From Bifidobacterium breve (GTDB taxonomy: Bacteria > Actinomycetota > Actinomycetes > Nanopelagicales > Nanopelagicaceae): 64,000 bases of DNA. Under the pieces are notes generated by a model, which was given only the letters and a program-made list of their open reading frames with translations, was not told where the DNA came from and did not search any database. Positions 37,059 to 45,994 of the stretch are shown piece by piece (within the stretch, counting starts at the first letter, position 1; each line of letters opens with the position of its first letter). Position numbers and translations under genes: made by a program. The stretch spans positions 5,904-69,903 of the forward strand of contig CAMCCH010000001.1 of the NCBI GenBank assembly GCA_945873335.1. Reading direction: 5' to 3'.

Positions 37059-38909
37059 ATGCGTATCCCCCAGATACAAGGACTTCGCGCACTCGCCGCG
37101 ATACTCGTAACTCTTTTTCACGCTCGCCTTATGCCAGGTGGCTTCATTGGCGTTGATATTTTCTATGTGATTTCAGGCTTTCTCATAACGGGACTCATAC
37201 TTCGAGAAATCGATCGCGATGGAAAACTAGATCTACCCGCCTTCTATCAACGCCGCATCAAGCGTTTGCTCCCCACATCGGCCTTTGTACTTATATGTAC
37301 AGCCATAATTTCGTGGATTGTTCTACCCGCAATAACTCGCAACAACCTGGGCAAGGACCTCATAGCCGCATCGCTCTATGTATCGAATTATCTATTTGCT
37401 TGGTGGCAAAACGATTATCAGAACCTCAATGCCACACCTTCGCCGGTAATTCATTACTGGTCACTCGCAGTTGAGGAACAGTTCTATCTGGTCTGGCCAA
37501 TTTTCATTCTTGCATTAGCAAAGTTTGGCAAACGGATCTATCTCATTGCAGGCATTAGCTTTGTAACAGGCATCTCTCTTCTATTTTCAATTTACCAGAC
37601 ACAAACTGCACCGATTTGGGCATTCTATGGTTTACCAACACGAGCATGGGAATTGGGATTAGGTTCCCTGCTGCTCTTTATCCCTCCTAAATTTTTCCAA
37701 TCTCGTCTCATCCCCTGGATAGCTTTTATAGGAATTATTTTTTCATCAATTCGATATGACGAAAATACCGCCTTTCCGGGATGGAAAGCGCTACTTCCAG
37801 TTCTAGCAACTCTTCTATTCATTGCATCAATAAATTCTTGGCCTCCAATTTTCAATGACTTGAGTAACAATCGAGTCTCGCAATGGCTTGGTGCGATTTC
37901 CTATCCTCTCTACCTGTGGCACTGGCCCGCATTGGTAATTCCGAGCGCTGTTGTGGGTCGCCCCCTTCACCTAAGCGAGCGATTTGCATGTATTGCGCTA
38001 ACAATTGTTCTGGCGGATCTAACTCATCGCTATATCGAACAGCCACTGCGCCATAAAGAATTTTCACCGAGGAAAATATATCAAGGTGCTATATCGGTTA
38101 CCTTGATCTCGGCACTGCTTTCAGCGGGCATAACGCTGACATCCTCGGACGAGATTCAAATTCAAGGCGTCACTACGAAGAAATTTTCATTAGCCGATGT
38201 TATGAAGCGACCAGATATTTATGGTGACACCTGTCATGCAAATTATGGAGAAGTAGAATCAGGTGATTGCACTTACGGGGATACAACGAGTAAGCGAACA
38301 ATCGTTCTATATGGAGACTCACACGCAGCGCAATGGTTTCCCGCACTCAATACATTGGCTAAGGAAAGCAATCTCAAACTTATATCGCTAACTAAATCTG
38401 CGTGCTCTGCAGTTGATTCCAAGCGTAGAGATCAAGGCGCTTTCAAAATGGCGGACTGTAGTAAATGGCGCGAGAATTCAGTCAAGAGAATTGCGAAGAT
38501 CAGACCAGTTGCAGTTATTACTAGCAGTTTCGCACATTTCGAAGCACCTCGTAACTATCCAAGTAGATCCAAATGGTGGAGTGATGGTCAACGACGACTC
38601 CTTGAGGATTTACAAGGGAAGACCCGAAAGATCATCTATATCGCTGATACTCCTCAACCTCAGCGCGATATTCCTTCCTGTTTGGCATCTCGCAAGAGTT
38701 CAACATGTGACTCAACTAAGAAAACACCAGTAAGAATCATCCGAGGCTTCGACATTGTTGATCCAACACCATGGCTATGCACGAGTTACTGTCCAGCAAT
38801 AGTTGATGGCGTGGTTGCCTACAGAGATAATTCACATATCTCAGTAGATATGTCCTTAGCGCTCATACCTCGACTTCGCGGCGAACTAAGCGCACGTGGG
38901 ATTTTCTGA
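37059..38909 (+). CDS. OafA/OatA-type O-acyltransferase (acyltransferase-3 plus SGNH domain)
   Basis: IQGLRALA, GVDIFYVISGFLI, RRIKRL, HYWSLAVEEQFY, SYPLYLWHWP, then GDSHA and D.SH. Confidence 0.88.
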   Translation: MRIPQIQGLRALAAILVTLFHARLMPGGFIGVDIFYVISGFLITGLILREIDRDGKLDLPAFYQRRIKRLLPTSAFVLICTAIISWIVLPAITRNNLGKDLIAASLYVSNYLFAWWQNDYQNLNATPSPVIHYWSLAVEEQFYLVWPIFILALAKFGKRIYLIAGISFVTGISLLFSIYQTQTAPIWAFYGLPTRAWELGLGSLLLFIPPKFFQSRLIPWIAFIGIIFSSIRYDENTAFPGWKALLPVLATLLFIASINSWPPIFNDLSNNRVSQWLGAISYPLYLWHWPALVIPSAVVGRPLHLSERFACIALTIVLADLTHRYIEQPLRHKEFSPRKIYQGAISVTLISALLSAGITLTSSDEIQIQGVTTKKFSLADVMKRPDIYGDTCHANYGEVESGDCTYGDTTSKRTIVLYGDSHAAQWFPALNTLAKESNLKLISLTKSACSAVDSKRRDQGAFKMADCSKWRENSVKRIAKIRPVAVITSSFAHFEAPRNYPSRSKWWSDGQRRLLEDLQGKTRKIIYIADTPQPQRDIPSCLASRKSSTCDSTKKTPVRIIRGFDIVDPTPWLCTSYCPAIVDGVVAYRDNSHISVDMSLALIPRLRGELSARGIF

Positions 38910-38930
38910 TTTTCGTGACAGGATACGCCG

Positions 38931-39575
38931 GTGGCTGAACTCATCTATTACTGCGGCACTATGGACAGTGGAAAATCCACACTGGCTTTGCAAACTGCAC
39001 ACAATCATCAAAGTCGTGGGCGCAGTGGTCTTATTTTCACATCTAAGGACCGAGCAGGTACCGGTGTAATTTCATCTCGACTAGGCCTACAAAGTCCTGC
39101 TATCGAAGTCGCCCCCACGTTAGATATTCATCGATACGTTGTTGACCACCTATCCGTTGGTGAACGTATTGATTACATCATTTGCGATGAGGCACAATTT
39201 TATGAAAGTGCACAAATAGATCAGTTGGCAAAAATTGTGGATGGACTAAGTATTGATGTCTTTGCATTTGGAATTCTAACCGATTTTCGAACATCACTAT
39301 TTCCTGGTTCGGCTCGGCTCGTGGAATTAGCAGATCGCGTAAATACCTTACAAGTTGAAGCTCTCTGCTGGTGCGGCGCACGAGCAACCCATAATGCTCG
39401 AACAGTAGGTGGCGTCATGGTTGTCGAAGGTGAACAAGTTGTTGTTGGTGATGTTGCCACAGGTTCTGAAGTGGCCTATGAAGTTCTTTGCCGTCGCCAT
39501 CATATGAGACAAGTTACGGCACGAGGATCTCGCGCTGCGCACACTTCAACTGAACCGCTACCATTCACACTCTAA
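38931..39575 (+). CDS. tdk: Thymidine kinase
   Basis: GTMDSGKST, DEAQF, TDFR..LFPGS, CWCG, Y.VLCRRH. Confidence 0.92.
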   Translation: MAELIYYCGTMDSGKSTLALQTAHNHQSRGRSGLIFTSKDRAGTGVISSRLGLQSPAIEVAPTLDIHRYVVDHLSVGERIDYIICDEAQFYESAQIDQLAKIVDGLSIDVFAFGILTDFRTSLFPGSARLVELADRVNTLQVEALCWCGARATHNARTVGGVMVVEGEQVVVGDVATGSEVAYEVLCRRHHMRQVTARGSRAAHTSTEPLPFTL

Positions 39576-39588
39576 TGAGGGAGAGAAA

Positions 39589-40629
39589 ATGAAAACTCGT
39601 GGTCTTGCTGTCTTGAAAGCATCTGGAGAATTTACAGAGTTCGAATTTGATCGACGCGAGTTGCGTCCAAACGATATCTCTCTCGATATTACTTACGCGG
39701 GTATTTGCCACTCGGATATTCACCAGGCACGCGAAGAATGGGGTCCTGCAATATTCCCGATGGTTCCTGGTCACGAAATTGTCGGAACCGTTACAGCCCT
39801 TGGTTCAGCTGTAAAAAGCTTCACTGTAGGAGAGACTGTTGGAGTTGGAGTCTTTGTTGACTCATGTCGCACATGCGAAAGCTGTAAAAAAGGTTTACAA
39901 AATTATTGCCTCGAAGGCATGACAGGAACATATAACGGCCTAGAGCGCGATGGAAAAACTGTTGCTATGGGTGGATATTCAAATAAGTTTGTGATCGATG
40001 CTGACTATGCAGTACATGTTCCACCGAATTTGCCTCAAAGTGGAGTTGCTCCACTCTTGTGTGCGGGAATAACTCTCTACTCTCCATTGAAAAATTGGAA
40101 AGCTGGACCTGGCATGAAGGTCGGAGTTATGGGTCTAGGTGGACTTGGACACATGGGTGTTAAGTTCGCCCACGCCATGGGAGCCGATGTAACTGTTTTC
40201 TCGCATTCACCTAGCAAAGAAGCCGATGCGCTAGCGATGGGCGCTGATCACTTCGTTTCGACAAAAGATCTGGCGAACTTGAAACCACATCACAAAAAGT
40301 TTGACTTGATTCTCAATACTGTGAGTGCGCGCCTAGATATCAATGAATATCTAGAGCTACTCAAACTCGATGGAACACTTGTCGTAATCGGTTTGCCCGG
40401 AGAGCCTTACGCCGTGCAACCAGGAGTTCTTCTCAATGGACGGCGCTCAATGGCTGGCTCAATGATTGGTGGCATGCCAGAACTTCAGGAGATGCTGGAC
40501 TTCTGCGGAAAACACAACATTGTCAGTGATGTTGAAGTAATCAAGGCTGACTATGTCGATACTGCTTATAACAGAACAGTTTCAAGCGATGTGAAATATC
40601 GTTTTGTTATTGATGCGGCAACTATCTAA
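39589..40629 (+). CDS. Zn-dependent NADP alcohol dehydrogenase (cinnamyl-ADH/AdhC type)
   Basis: GICHSD, GHEIVG, C..C..C.......C, PLLCAG.T.Y, GLGGLGH, YRFVID. Confidence 0.92.
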   Translation: MKTRGLAVLKASGEFTEFEFDRRELRPNDISLDITYAGICHSDIHQAREEWGPAIFPMVPGHEIVGTVTALGSAVKSFTVGETVGVGVFVDSCRTCESCKKGLQNYCLEGMTGTYNGLERDGKTVAMGGYSNKFVIDADYAVHVPPNLPQSGVAPLLCAGITLYSPLKNWKAGPGMKVGVMGLGGLGHMGVKFAHAMGADVTVFSHSPSKEADALAMGADHFVSTKDLANLKPHHKKFDLILNTVSARLDINEYLELLKLDGTLVVIGLPGEPYAVQPGVLLNGRRSMAGSMIGGMPELQEMLDFCGKHNIVSDVEVIKADYVDTAYNRTVSSDVKYRFVIDAATI

Positions 40630-41360
40630 ATAAACTGATGCATAGCAAGTGCGAGCACCGGTGCAATTGCTAGAGCTGGCAGTAGGTTTCCTACTGCAAC
40701 AGACTTTATTTTCAGCAATCTAAATGCAATACACAAAAGCATGATGCCGCCTACGATGGTCATTGCATCTACTTGATAACCATCTAACACTTTGCCGAGT
40801 GCAAGTCCGATTACCGTCCATATTCCTTGGTAGATGCCAACAGGTAGAGCAGATACTGCGACGCCCCATCCGAGGGATGTGGCAAAGGCCATTGCTGCGA
40901 AAAAGTCGAGTGTGCTCTTGAGTAAAAGTTGATCGATGCCTGTCGACATTCCATCGCTAATACTTCCAAGAATTGCAAGTGGACCAATTGCGAATAGAAG
41001 AGATGCAGATACAAATCCTTCTACGAATGGGCTCTCTTGGGATGCACCAAATCGTTGACGTAACTTCTCCCCTATGCCATCGAGTCGATCTTCAAGATTG
41101 AGAGCAGATCCAATCAGACCACCGATGAGTAATGAACCAAGTACTACGAGTAGGGCCCATCCAGATGGCAAAGCATCGATGTAACGACTCGACCAGAGAG
41201 GAATAAGAGCACTACCCGCTCCCAATAGAGTAACTAACCCGAGAACATCAGTAAGTAAATCTCGAGTCGCAATCTTCATGCGATTGCCTATAAGTACTCC
41301 GATTGCCGCGCCACCGATTATTGTTATCACGTTGATGATTGTGCCTATACCTGGAAACAT
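40626..41360 (-). CDS. DUF554-family membrane protein
   Basis: GTIIN, EGFV.ASLLF..G...ILG, KS.LD, NLLP. Confidence 0.85.
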   Translation of the reverse strand: MFPGIGTIINVITIIGGAAIGVLIGNRMKIATRDLLTDVLGLVTLLGAGSALIPLWSSRYIDALPSGWALLVVLGSLLIGGLIGSALNLEDRLDGIGEKLRQRFGASQESPFVEGFVSASLLFAIGPLAILGSISDGMSTGIDQLLLKSTLDFFAAMAFATSLGWGVAVSALPVGIYQGIWTVIGLALGKVLDGYQVDAMTIVGGIMLLCIAFRLLKIKSVAVGNLLPALAIAPVLALAMHQFI

Positions 41361-41366
41361 TATTTC

Positions 41367-42227
41367 CTACGCAAACCTGATAATTGAGGCTAAACCGAAA
41401 ACCAAACAATAAATTGCAAATGGATAAAGTGTTCTTGTTTTGAACCACTTGACTAAAAATGTCACCGATACATATGTTGCAAAGAATGAGACAATAGAGC
41501 CGGCTGCAATAGGACCTAACAAAGATCGATATTCAGGTGCAAACAATTCAGGCAATTTCAAAAATGCCGCTCCTGCTATAACTGGAAGCGCTAAAAGAAA
41601 AGCAAAATCTGATGCTGTGGCGTGTGAGAGTTTTCTTAGCAATCCAGCACTCATGCTCACGCCAAATCGACTTATCCCAGAGAGCAGCGCTAGCGATTGT
41701 GCGAATCCGACAGTCATGGCTGCGGGAATCGATAAATGTTCAACAATCTGTGCGTTGGAATCTTCGTTCACATGTGATCGATTGCTTTTGCGGGTCAACC
41801 TTTCAGCGGCAAAGAGTAGCAATCCATTGATTGTTAGAAAGGTGCCAGCAGCAAATGGACTCGAGAAGACACTCTGTAAAGACTTCTCGAAAGTAAAACC
41901 TAGAACCGCAACGGGAATTGTTGCTAGAAATACTCTCCAAAAAACACGAGATGCATCATTATGTTTGCCACGTAGAGAGTTGAACGCTCCCCCAATGAGC
42001 GCAATCCATCTTTTGCGAAAGACTAAAAAAAGAGCTATTGCACTTGCTGCATGTAGCGCAACTGTTACTGCCAGATACGGTGAATCTGGATCTGTTGTAA
42101 AACCCGACCATGAACCACCAATCCATCCGGGAATTAAAACAGCATGACCAAGTGATGAAATTGGAAATAGTTCTGTGATTCCTTGTATCAGTCCGATAAG
42201 GATGGCCTGAAAATAGGTGAATTCCAT
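41367..42227 (-). CDS. uppP: Undecaprenyl-diphosphate phosphatase
   Basis: QGITELFPISS.GH, ATIP, AQ.LAL..GISR.G, FA.Y. Confidence 0.9.
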   Translation of the reverse strand: MEFTYFQAILIGLIQGITELFPISSLGHAVLIPGWIGGSWSGFTTDPDSPYLAVTVALHAASAIALFLVFRKRWIALIGGAFNSLRGKHNDASRVFWRVFLATIPVAVLGFTFEKSLQSVFSSPFAAGTFLTINGLLLFAAERLTRKSNRSHVNEDSNAQIVEHLSIPAAMTVGFAQSLALLSGISRFGVSMSAGLLRKLSHATASDFAFLLALPVIAGAAFLKLPELFAPEYRSLLGPIAAGSIVSFFATYVSVTFLVKWFKTRTLYPFAIYCLVFGLASIIRFA

Positions 42228-42260
42228 ATGGAGCAGGTTATCGTGTAGTAGCCTCCCCTA

Positions 42261-42929
42261 ATGTCATTGAATTCGATCATGCATTGGTTGCGTCCGCATA
42301 AAACTATTCCGATAATGCCGTGGACTGGTACAGGTCGCTGGGATCTATCAACTAAGCGTTCTTTCATCTTGATTTTTGGTCTTATTATTTTTGGTCTGGG
42401 AGACTCACTTCTCATTCAGAGTCACATTGGAAATGCTCCATGGTCAGTGCTCGCGCAAGGTGTATCTCAAAATCTCAATATCACTCTTGGTTGGTCTACA
42501 TTTATTTTGAGTTCGCTTGTCTTGTTTTTTTGGATTCCGTTGGGCGAAAGACCTGGTTTTGGAACACTGATGAATATTGTTTTTATCGCAGCGGCAATCG
42601 AATTTGGAGTCACATACTTCCCAGTTGCACCGAACTATTTTGTGGGCATCATCTACTGCTTCATTGGAATTGCTCTCGTGGGATTAGGTTCGACCTTCTA
42701 CATAACCTGTGGCTTAGGACCTGGACCTCGTGATGGCTTGATGACAGCGATACACAATAAATCGGGCATTCGTGTGGGCCGCGTTCGTCTTGCCATTGAA
42801 GCAACGGTCTTGGTTCTGGGAGCTCTCCTAGGTGGGCGCGTTGGTCTAGGAACCGCTTTGTTTGCCCTTTTTATCGGCCAATCTATTGCGATTTCTCTCG
42901 GTGTTGTTTCCCGCTTTACCTCAAAGTAA
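42261..42929 (+). CDS. YczE/YitT-family membrane protein
   Basis: G.APW..L.QG, PG.GT..N, G.GPRDGLM, GG.VG.GT repeated architecture. Confidence 0.82.
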   Translation: MSLNSIMHWLRPHKTIPIMPWTGTGRWDLSTKRSFILIFGLIIFGLGDSLLIQSHIGNAPWSVLAQGVSQNLNITLGWSTFILSSLVLFFWIPLGERPGFGTLMNIVFIAAAIEFGVTYFPVAPNYFVGIIYCFIGIALVGLGSTFYITCGLGPGPRDGLMTAIHNKSGIRVGRVRLAIEATVLVLGALLGGRVGLGTALFALFIGQSIAISLGVVSRFTSK

Positions 42930-42945
42930 CTAATAGTCTTCACAT

Positions 42946-43025
42946 ATCTCCCCCCGGCTTGTGAGCCGTGAAGTCACACGGGGTCGCAACCACCCCCGAC
43001 ACCAAAATGAGAAAGGCTCACCATG
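42946..43025 (+). promoter_or_regulatory. Structured 5' leader of NCS2 permease (candidate cis-regulatory RNA)
   Basis: TAGTCT -10 at 42934; stems CGGC/GCCG, CCGTG/CACGG, GGGGT/ACCCC; GTGAGCC (42961-42967) complementary to GGCTCAC (43015-43021) at the RBS. Confidence 0.5.
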
Positions 43026-44459
43026 CTGGATAGCTATTTTAAAATATCGGAACGTGGTTCCACAGTAGGACGTGAAATTCGTGGCGGTTTCGTCACATTT
43101 TTCACTATGGCATATATCGTCGCACTCAATCCATTGATCATCGGCCTATCAAAAGATGCCGAAGGTAAATTCCTAGGTGGCGGAGATGCCCCTAACCTCG
43201 CAGCGATCGCTGCAATGACTGCACTCATTGCGGGAATTCTTACAATCCTTATGGGTGTTGTTGGAAATTATCCACTCGCACTTGCAACAGGACTTGGTCT
43301 CAATACATTCGTTGCAGTTGGTATCGCATCACAAATGTCATGGGCCGATGCAATGGGTCTTGTAGTTCTTGAAGGATTGATTATCACAGTGCTTGTTCTC
43401 ACTGGCTTTAGAACTGCAGTCTTTCGCGCAGTACCAGCCCAACTCAAGATCGCGATCTCAGTTGGTATCGGTCTCTTCATTGCTCTCATCGGATTAGTTG
43501 ATGCGGGCTTCGTTCGCCGTACAGGGTCAGGTCCAGTACCAGTAACACTGGGTGATAGCGGAACTTTGGTTGGCTGGCCAATCGTTGTATTTGCACTTGG
43601 TCTATTCTTGATGATTGGTCTAATGGTCAAGAAAGTAAAGGGTGCTCTTTTGATCGGTATAGCAGTGGCGACAGTTGCAGCTATTGCAATTGAGTCGGCT
43701 TTCAAAATTGGTCCACTCTTCAATGGTGCAACAGGTGCTGTCAATCCAAAGGGCTGGAACCTCAATGTCCCTGCTGTTCCTTCAAAGATTGTTGATACAC
43801 CAGACTTCGGTCTCTTCGGCCAATTCAACTTATTTGGTTCATTCGGTCAAGTTTCGGCAATCACTGCAATCCTTTTGGTCTTCACCCTCTTGCTCTCTGA
43901 CTTCTTCGACACCGTTGGAACAGTTACAGCAATCGGTCATGAAGCTAAACTTGCTGATAAAGATGGAAATGTTCCAAACAATGACCGCATTCTTCTTGTT
44001 GACTCGTTAGCAGCTGTTGCCGGTGGTGCAGGAAGCATCTCCTCTAACACAAGCTATATCGAATCAGCATCAGGTGTTGGTGAAGGAGCTCGAACAGGGT
44101 TGGCCTCAGTTGTTACAGGCTTGCTCTTCTTGCTTACAACATTCTTTGCACCGCTCGTAGCCGTTATTCCTTACGAGGCTGCAACTCCTGCTTTGATCAT
44201 TGTCGGTTTCTTGATGATGACACAAGTAAAGAATATTGACTGGGAAGATTATGGAATTGCAATTCCTGCATTCCTTACAATCATCTTGATGCCATTTACA
44301 TACAACATCTCTGTTGGAATTGGTGCAGGATTCGTTTCATTCGTAGTTATTCGCTTGATTCAAGGACGTCGCAAAGATATTCATCCTTTGCTATTCCTTG
44401 TAGCGGGTCTATTTATGATCTACTTCTTATCTTCACCAATCAATACTTGGATAGGCTAG
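43023..44459 (+). CDS. NCS2/AzgA-family purine (adenine/guanine/hypoxanthine) permease
   Basis: EIRGG.VTF.TMAYI, G.GLN.F, DFFDT.GT, TSYIES.SG...GARTG; GAAAGG SD. Confidence 0.9.
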   Translation: MLDSYFKISERGSTVGREIRGGFVTFFTMAYIVALNPLIIGLSKDAEGKFLGGGDAPNLAAIAAMTALIAGILTILMGVVGNYPLALATGLGLNTFVAVGIASQMSWADAMGLVVLEGLIITVLVLTGFRTAVFRAVPAQLKIAISVGIGLFIALIGLVDAGFVRRTGSGPVPVTLGDSGTLVGWPIVVFALGLFLMIGLMVKKVKGALLIGIAVATVAAIAIESAFKIGPLFNGATGAVNPKGWNLNVPAVPSKIVDTPDFGLFGQFNLFGSFGQVSAITAILLVFTLLLSDFFDTVGTVTAIGHEAKLADKDGNVPNNDRILLVDSLAAVAGGAGSISSNTSYIESASGVGEGARTGLASVVTGLLFLLTTFFAPLVAVIPYEAATPALIIVGFLMMTQVKNIDWEDYGIAIPAFLTIILMPFTYNISVGIGAGFVSFVVIRLIQGRRKDIHPLLFLVAGLFMIYFLSSPINTWIG

Positions 44460-44479
44460 TTGTAGAAAACTTGCTAGTG

Positions 44480-44514
44480 GAGGGCTCAGGGAAACCTGGG
44501 CCCTCTTTCCTTTT
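44480..44514 (+). terminator. Rho-independent terminator after the permease
   Basis: GAGGGCTCAGG-gaaa-CCTGGGCCCTC followed by TTTCCTTTT. Confidence 0.85.
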
Positions 44515-45149
44515 TACCAACTAACGGTTGGAAGTGAGTTCCTATTGAGGATTTCGTTTGATTTCGTAAATGGCTTAGAGCCAAAAAATCCTCGGTAGGC
44601 CGATAGTGGACTCGGGTGCGCACTTTCAATAACCCAATCACTTCGAAAATATTGCTTCACACTCTTGGCATCGTTGCCCCAAAGAATCGCCACAACATCG
44701 CGCTTGCCTAATTCGCTAGCAATTGCATTAGTTATTGGAGCCCACTGTTTCATTGAAATGTGGCCATCCGGTGAATACGTCAGTGCTCGATTGAGAAGTA
44801 GTACACCTTGATTACTCCATGCGGATAGATCCGATGATGGCGTATCTCTGCGACCTACATCCTCTTGATATTCCTTGAAGATATTTTGTAGCGATGCTGG
44901 AATCTTTTTCTCATTGGGCACCGCAAAAGCAAAACCTGTTGCATTACCCGGTGTTGGATAAGGATCTTGACCAAAAATTACGACTCGAACACTTTCAAGC
45001 GGAAGAGTGAGAGCACGAAAGGCACAATCGAATGGTGGATATGTAATCTTTCCTTCAAGAGATCTTTCAATGCTTTCTATTTCCGATGAAAACGGAGCTA
45101 GTACCGTTGCCCAACTCTCATCAAATTGCACGGGCAAAGAATCGTCCAT
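44514..45149 (-). CDS. ung: Uracil-DNA glycosylase, family 1
   Basis: GQDPYP, PASL.NI, QGVLLLN, ILWG, HPSPLSA; start uncertain (45131-45164). Confidence 0.92.
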   Translation of the reverse strand: MDDSLPVQFDESWATVLAPFSSEIESIERSLEGKITYPPFDCAFRALTLPLESVRVVIFGQDPYPTPGNATGFAFAVPNEKKIPASLQNIFKEYQEDVGRRDTPSSDLSAWSNQGVLLLNRALTYSPDGHISMKQWAPITNAIASELGKRDVVAILWGNDAKSVKQYFRSDWVIESAHPSPLSAYRGFFGSKPFTKSNEILNRNSLPTVSW

Positions 45150-45909
45150 TTTCATGTAGCACACTCATTGAAATCCCAAAGACCGCACTCAAGTGTTCCT
45201 GAGTAATTACCTGCGCAATTGGACCCGAGACGGCAATGACTCCTTTGTGGAGAAGTAATGCATGCGTGGTGCCAGCAGGAATTTCTTCTATATGGTGCGT
45301 CACCAAAATCGTGGCTGGAGCGCTGGGATCTTGCGAAAAGGCGGAGAAGCGACGCAACAAATCTTCTCTGCCGCCTAAATCAAGTCCCGCTGTTGGTTCA
45401 TCTAAAAGTAGCAATTCCGGATCTGCCATGAGCGCCCGCGATATTTGAACACGCTTCTTCTCTCCATCACTGAGTGAACCGTAGAGTCGATCTCCGAGAT
45501 CTCGTACTCCAAAGTTTGTTAGTAGTGCGATTGCCCGTGATTCATCCCATAAGTCGTAATCTTCATTCCATCTTCCAAGAATTGCATATGCTGCAGTAAG
45601 TACTACGTCACGCACTACTTCGTCATATGGAATATCTTCAGCAACTATTGAGGCGCACGTTCCAATACGAGTTCTCAGTTCGAATAAATCGACCTTGCCC
45701 ATCTCTTCTCCCAGCAAAAAAGCTTTTCCATGTGTTGGAAAGATGCGAGTAGCCAAGATATTGAGAAGCGTTGATTTACCAGCGCCATTGGGACCTAGAA
45801 TCACCCATCGCTCCCCCGGAGAGATTGAGAAATCTATGGGACCAAGAATCGTCGACTCACCGCGACGAACACTGACATCGCGTAGCTCCAATATCGATTC
45901 ATTGCCCAT
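45121..45909 (-). CDS. ABC transporter ATP-binding protein (ModF-like, no permease adjacent)
   Basis: GPNGAGKST, LSDGEKKR, LLLDEP, VTHH.EE; start trimmed to ATG 45909. Confidence 0.87.
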   Translation of the reverse strand: MGNESILELRDVSVRRGESTILGPIDFSISPGERWVILGPNGAGKSTLLNILATRIFPTHGKAFLLGEEMGKVDLFELRTRIGTCASIVAEDIPYDEVVRDVVLTAAYAILGRWNEDYDLWDESRAIALLTNFGVRDLGDRLYGSLSDGEKKRVQISRALMADPELLLLDEPTAGLDLGGREDLLRRFSAFSQDPSAPATILVTHHIEEIPAGTTHALLLHKGVIAVSGPIAQVITQEHLSAVFGISMSVLHENGRFFARAI

Positions 45910-45994
45910 AGGCGAAAAAGATAGTCGCAATCACCTCGTAAGGTGGCGAAATTGCGCATATTCTGGGAGTGATTCGCGATAACCTCGACTCCTT

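Noticed and set aside
41440-42147. 235-aa + strand ORF
   Set aside because: Entirely antisense to uppP; typical shadow frame of a hydrophobic gene, with no motifs.
42955-42968. Hairpin read as a PyrR binding loop
   Set aside because: It lacks the ARUCCNGNGAGGYU consensus. Kept only as part of the unclassified leader finding.
43268-43828. 186-aa - strand ORF and other short overlapping ORFs in the track
   Set aside because: Antisense or out-of-frame shadows of well-supported genes, without RBS or recognisable domains.
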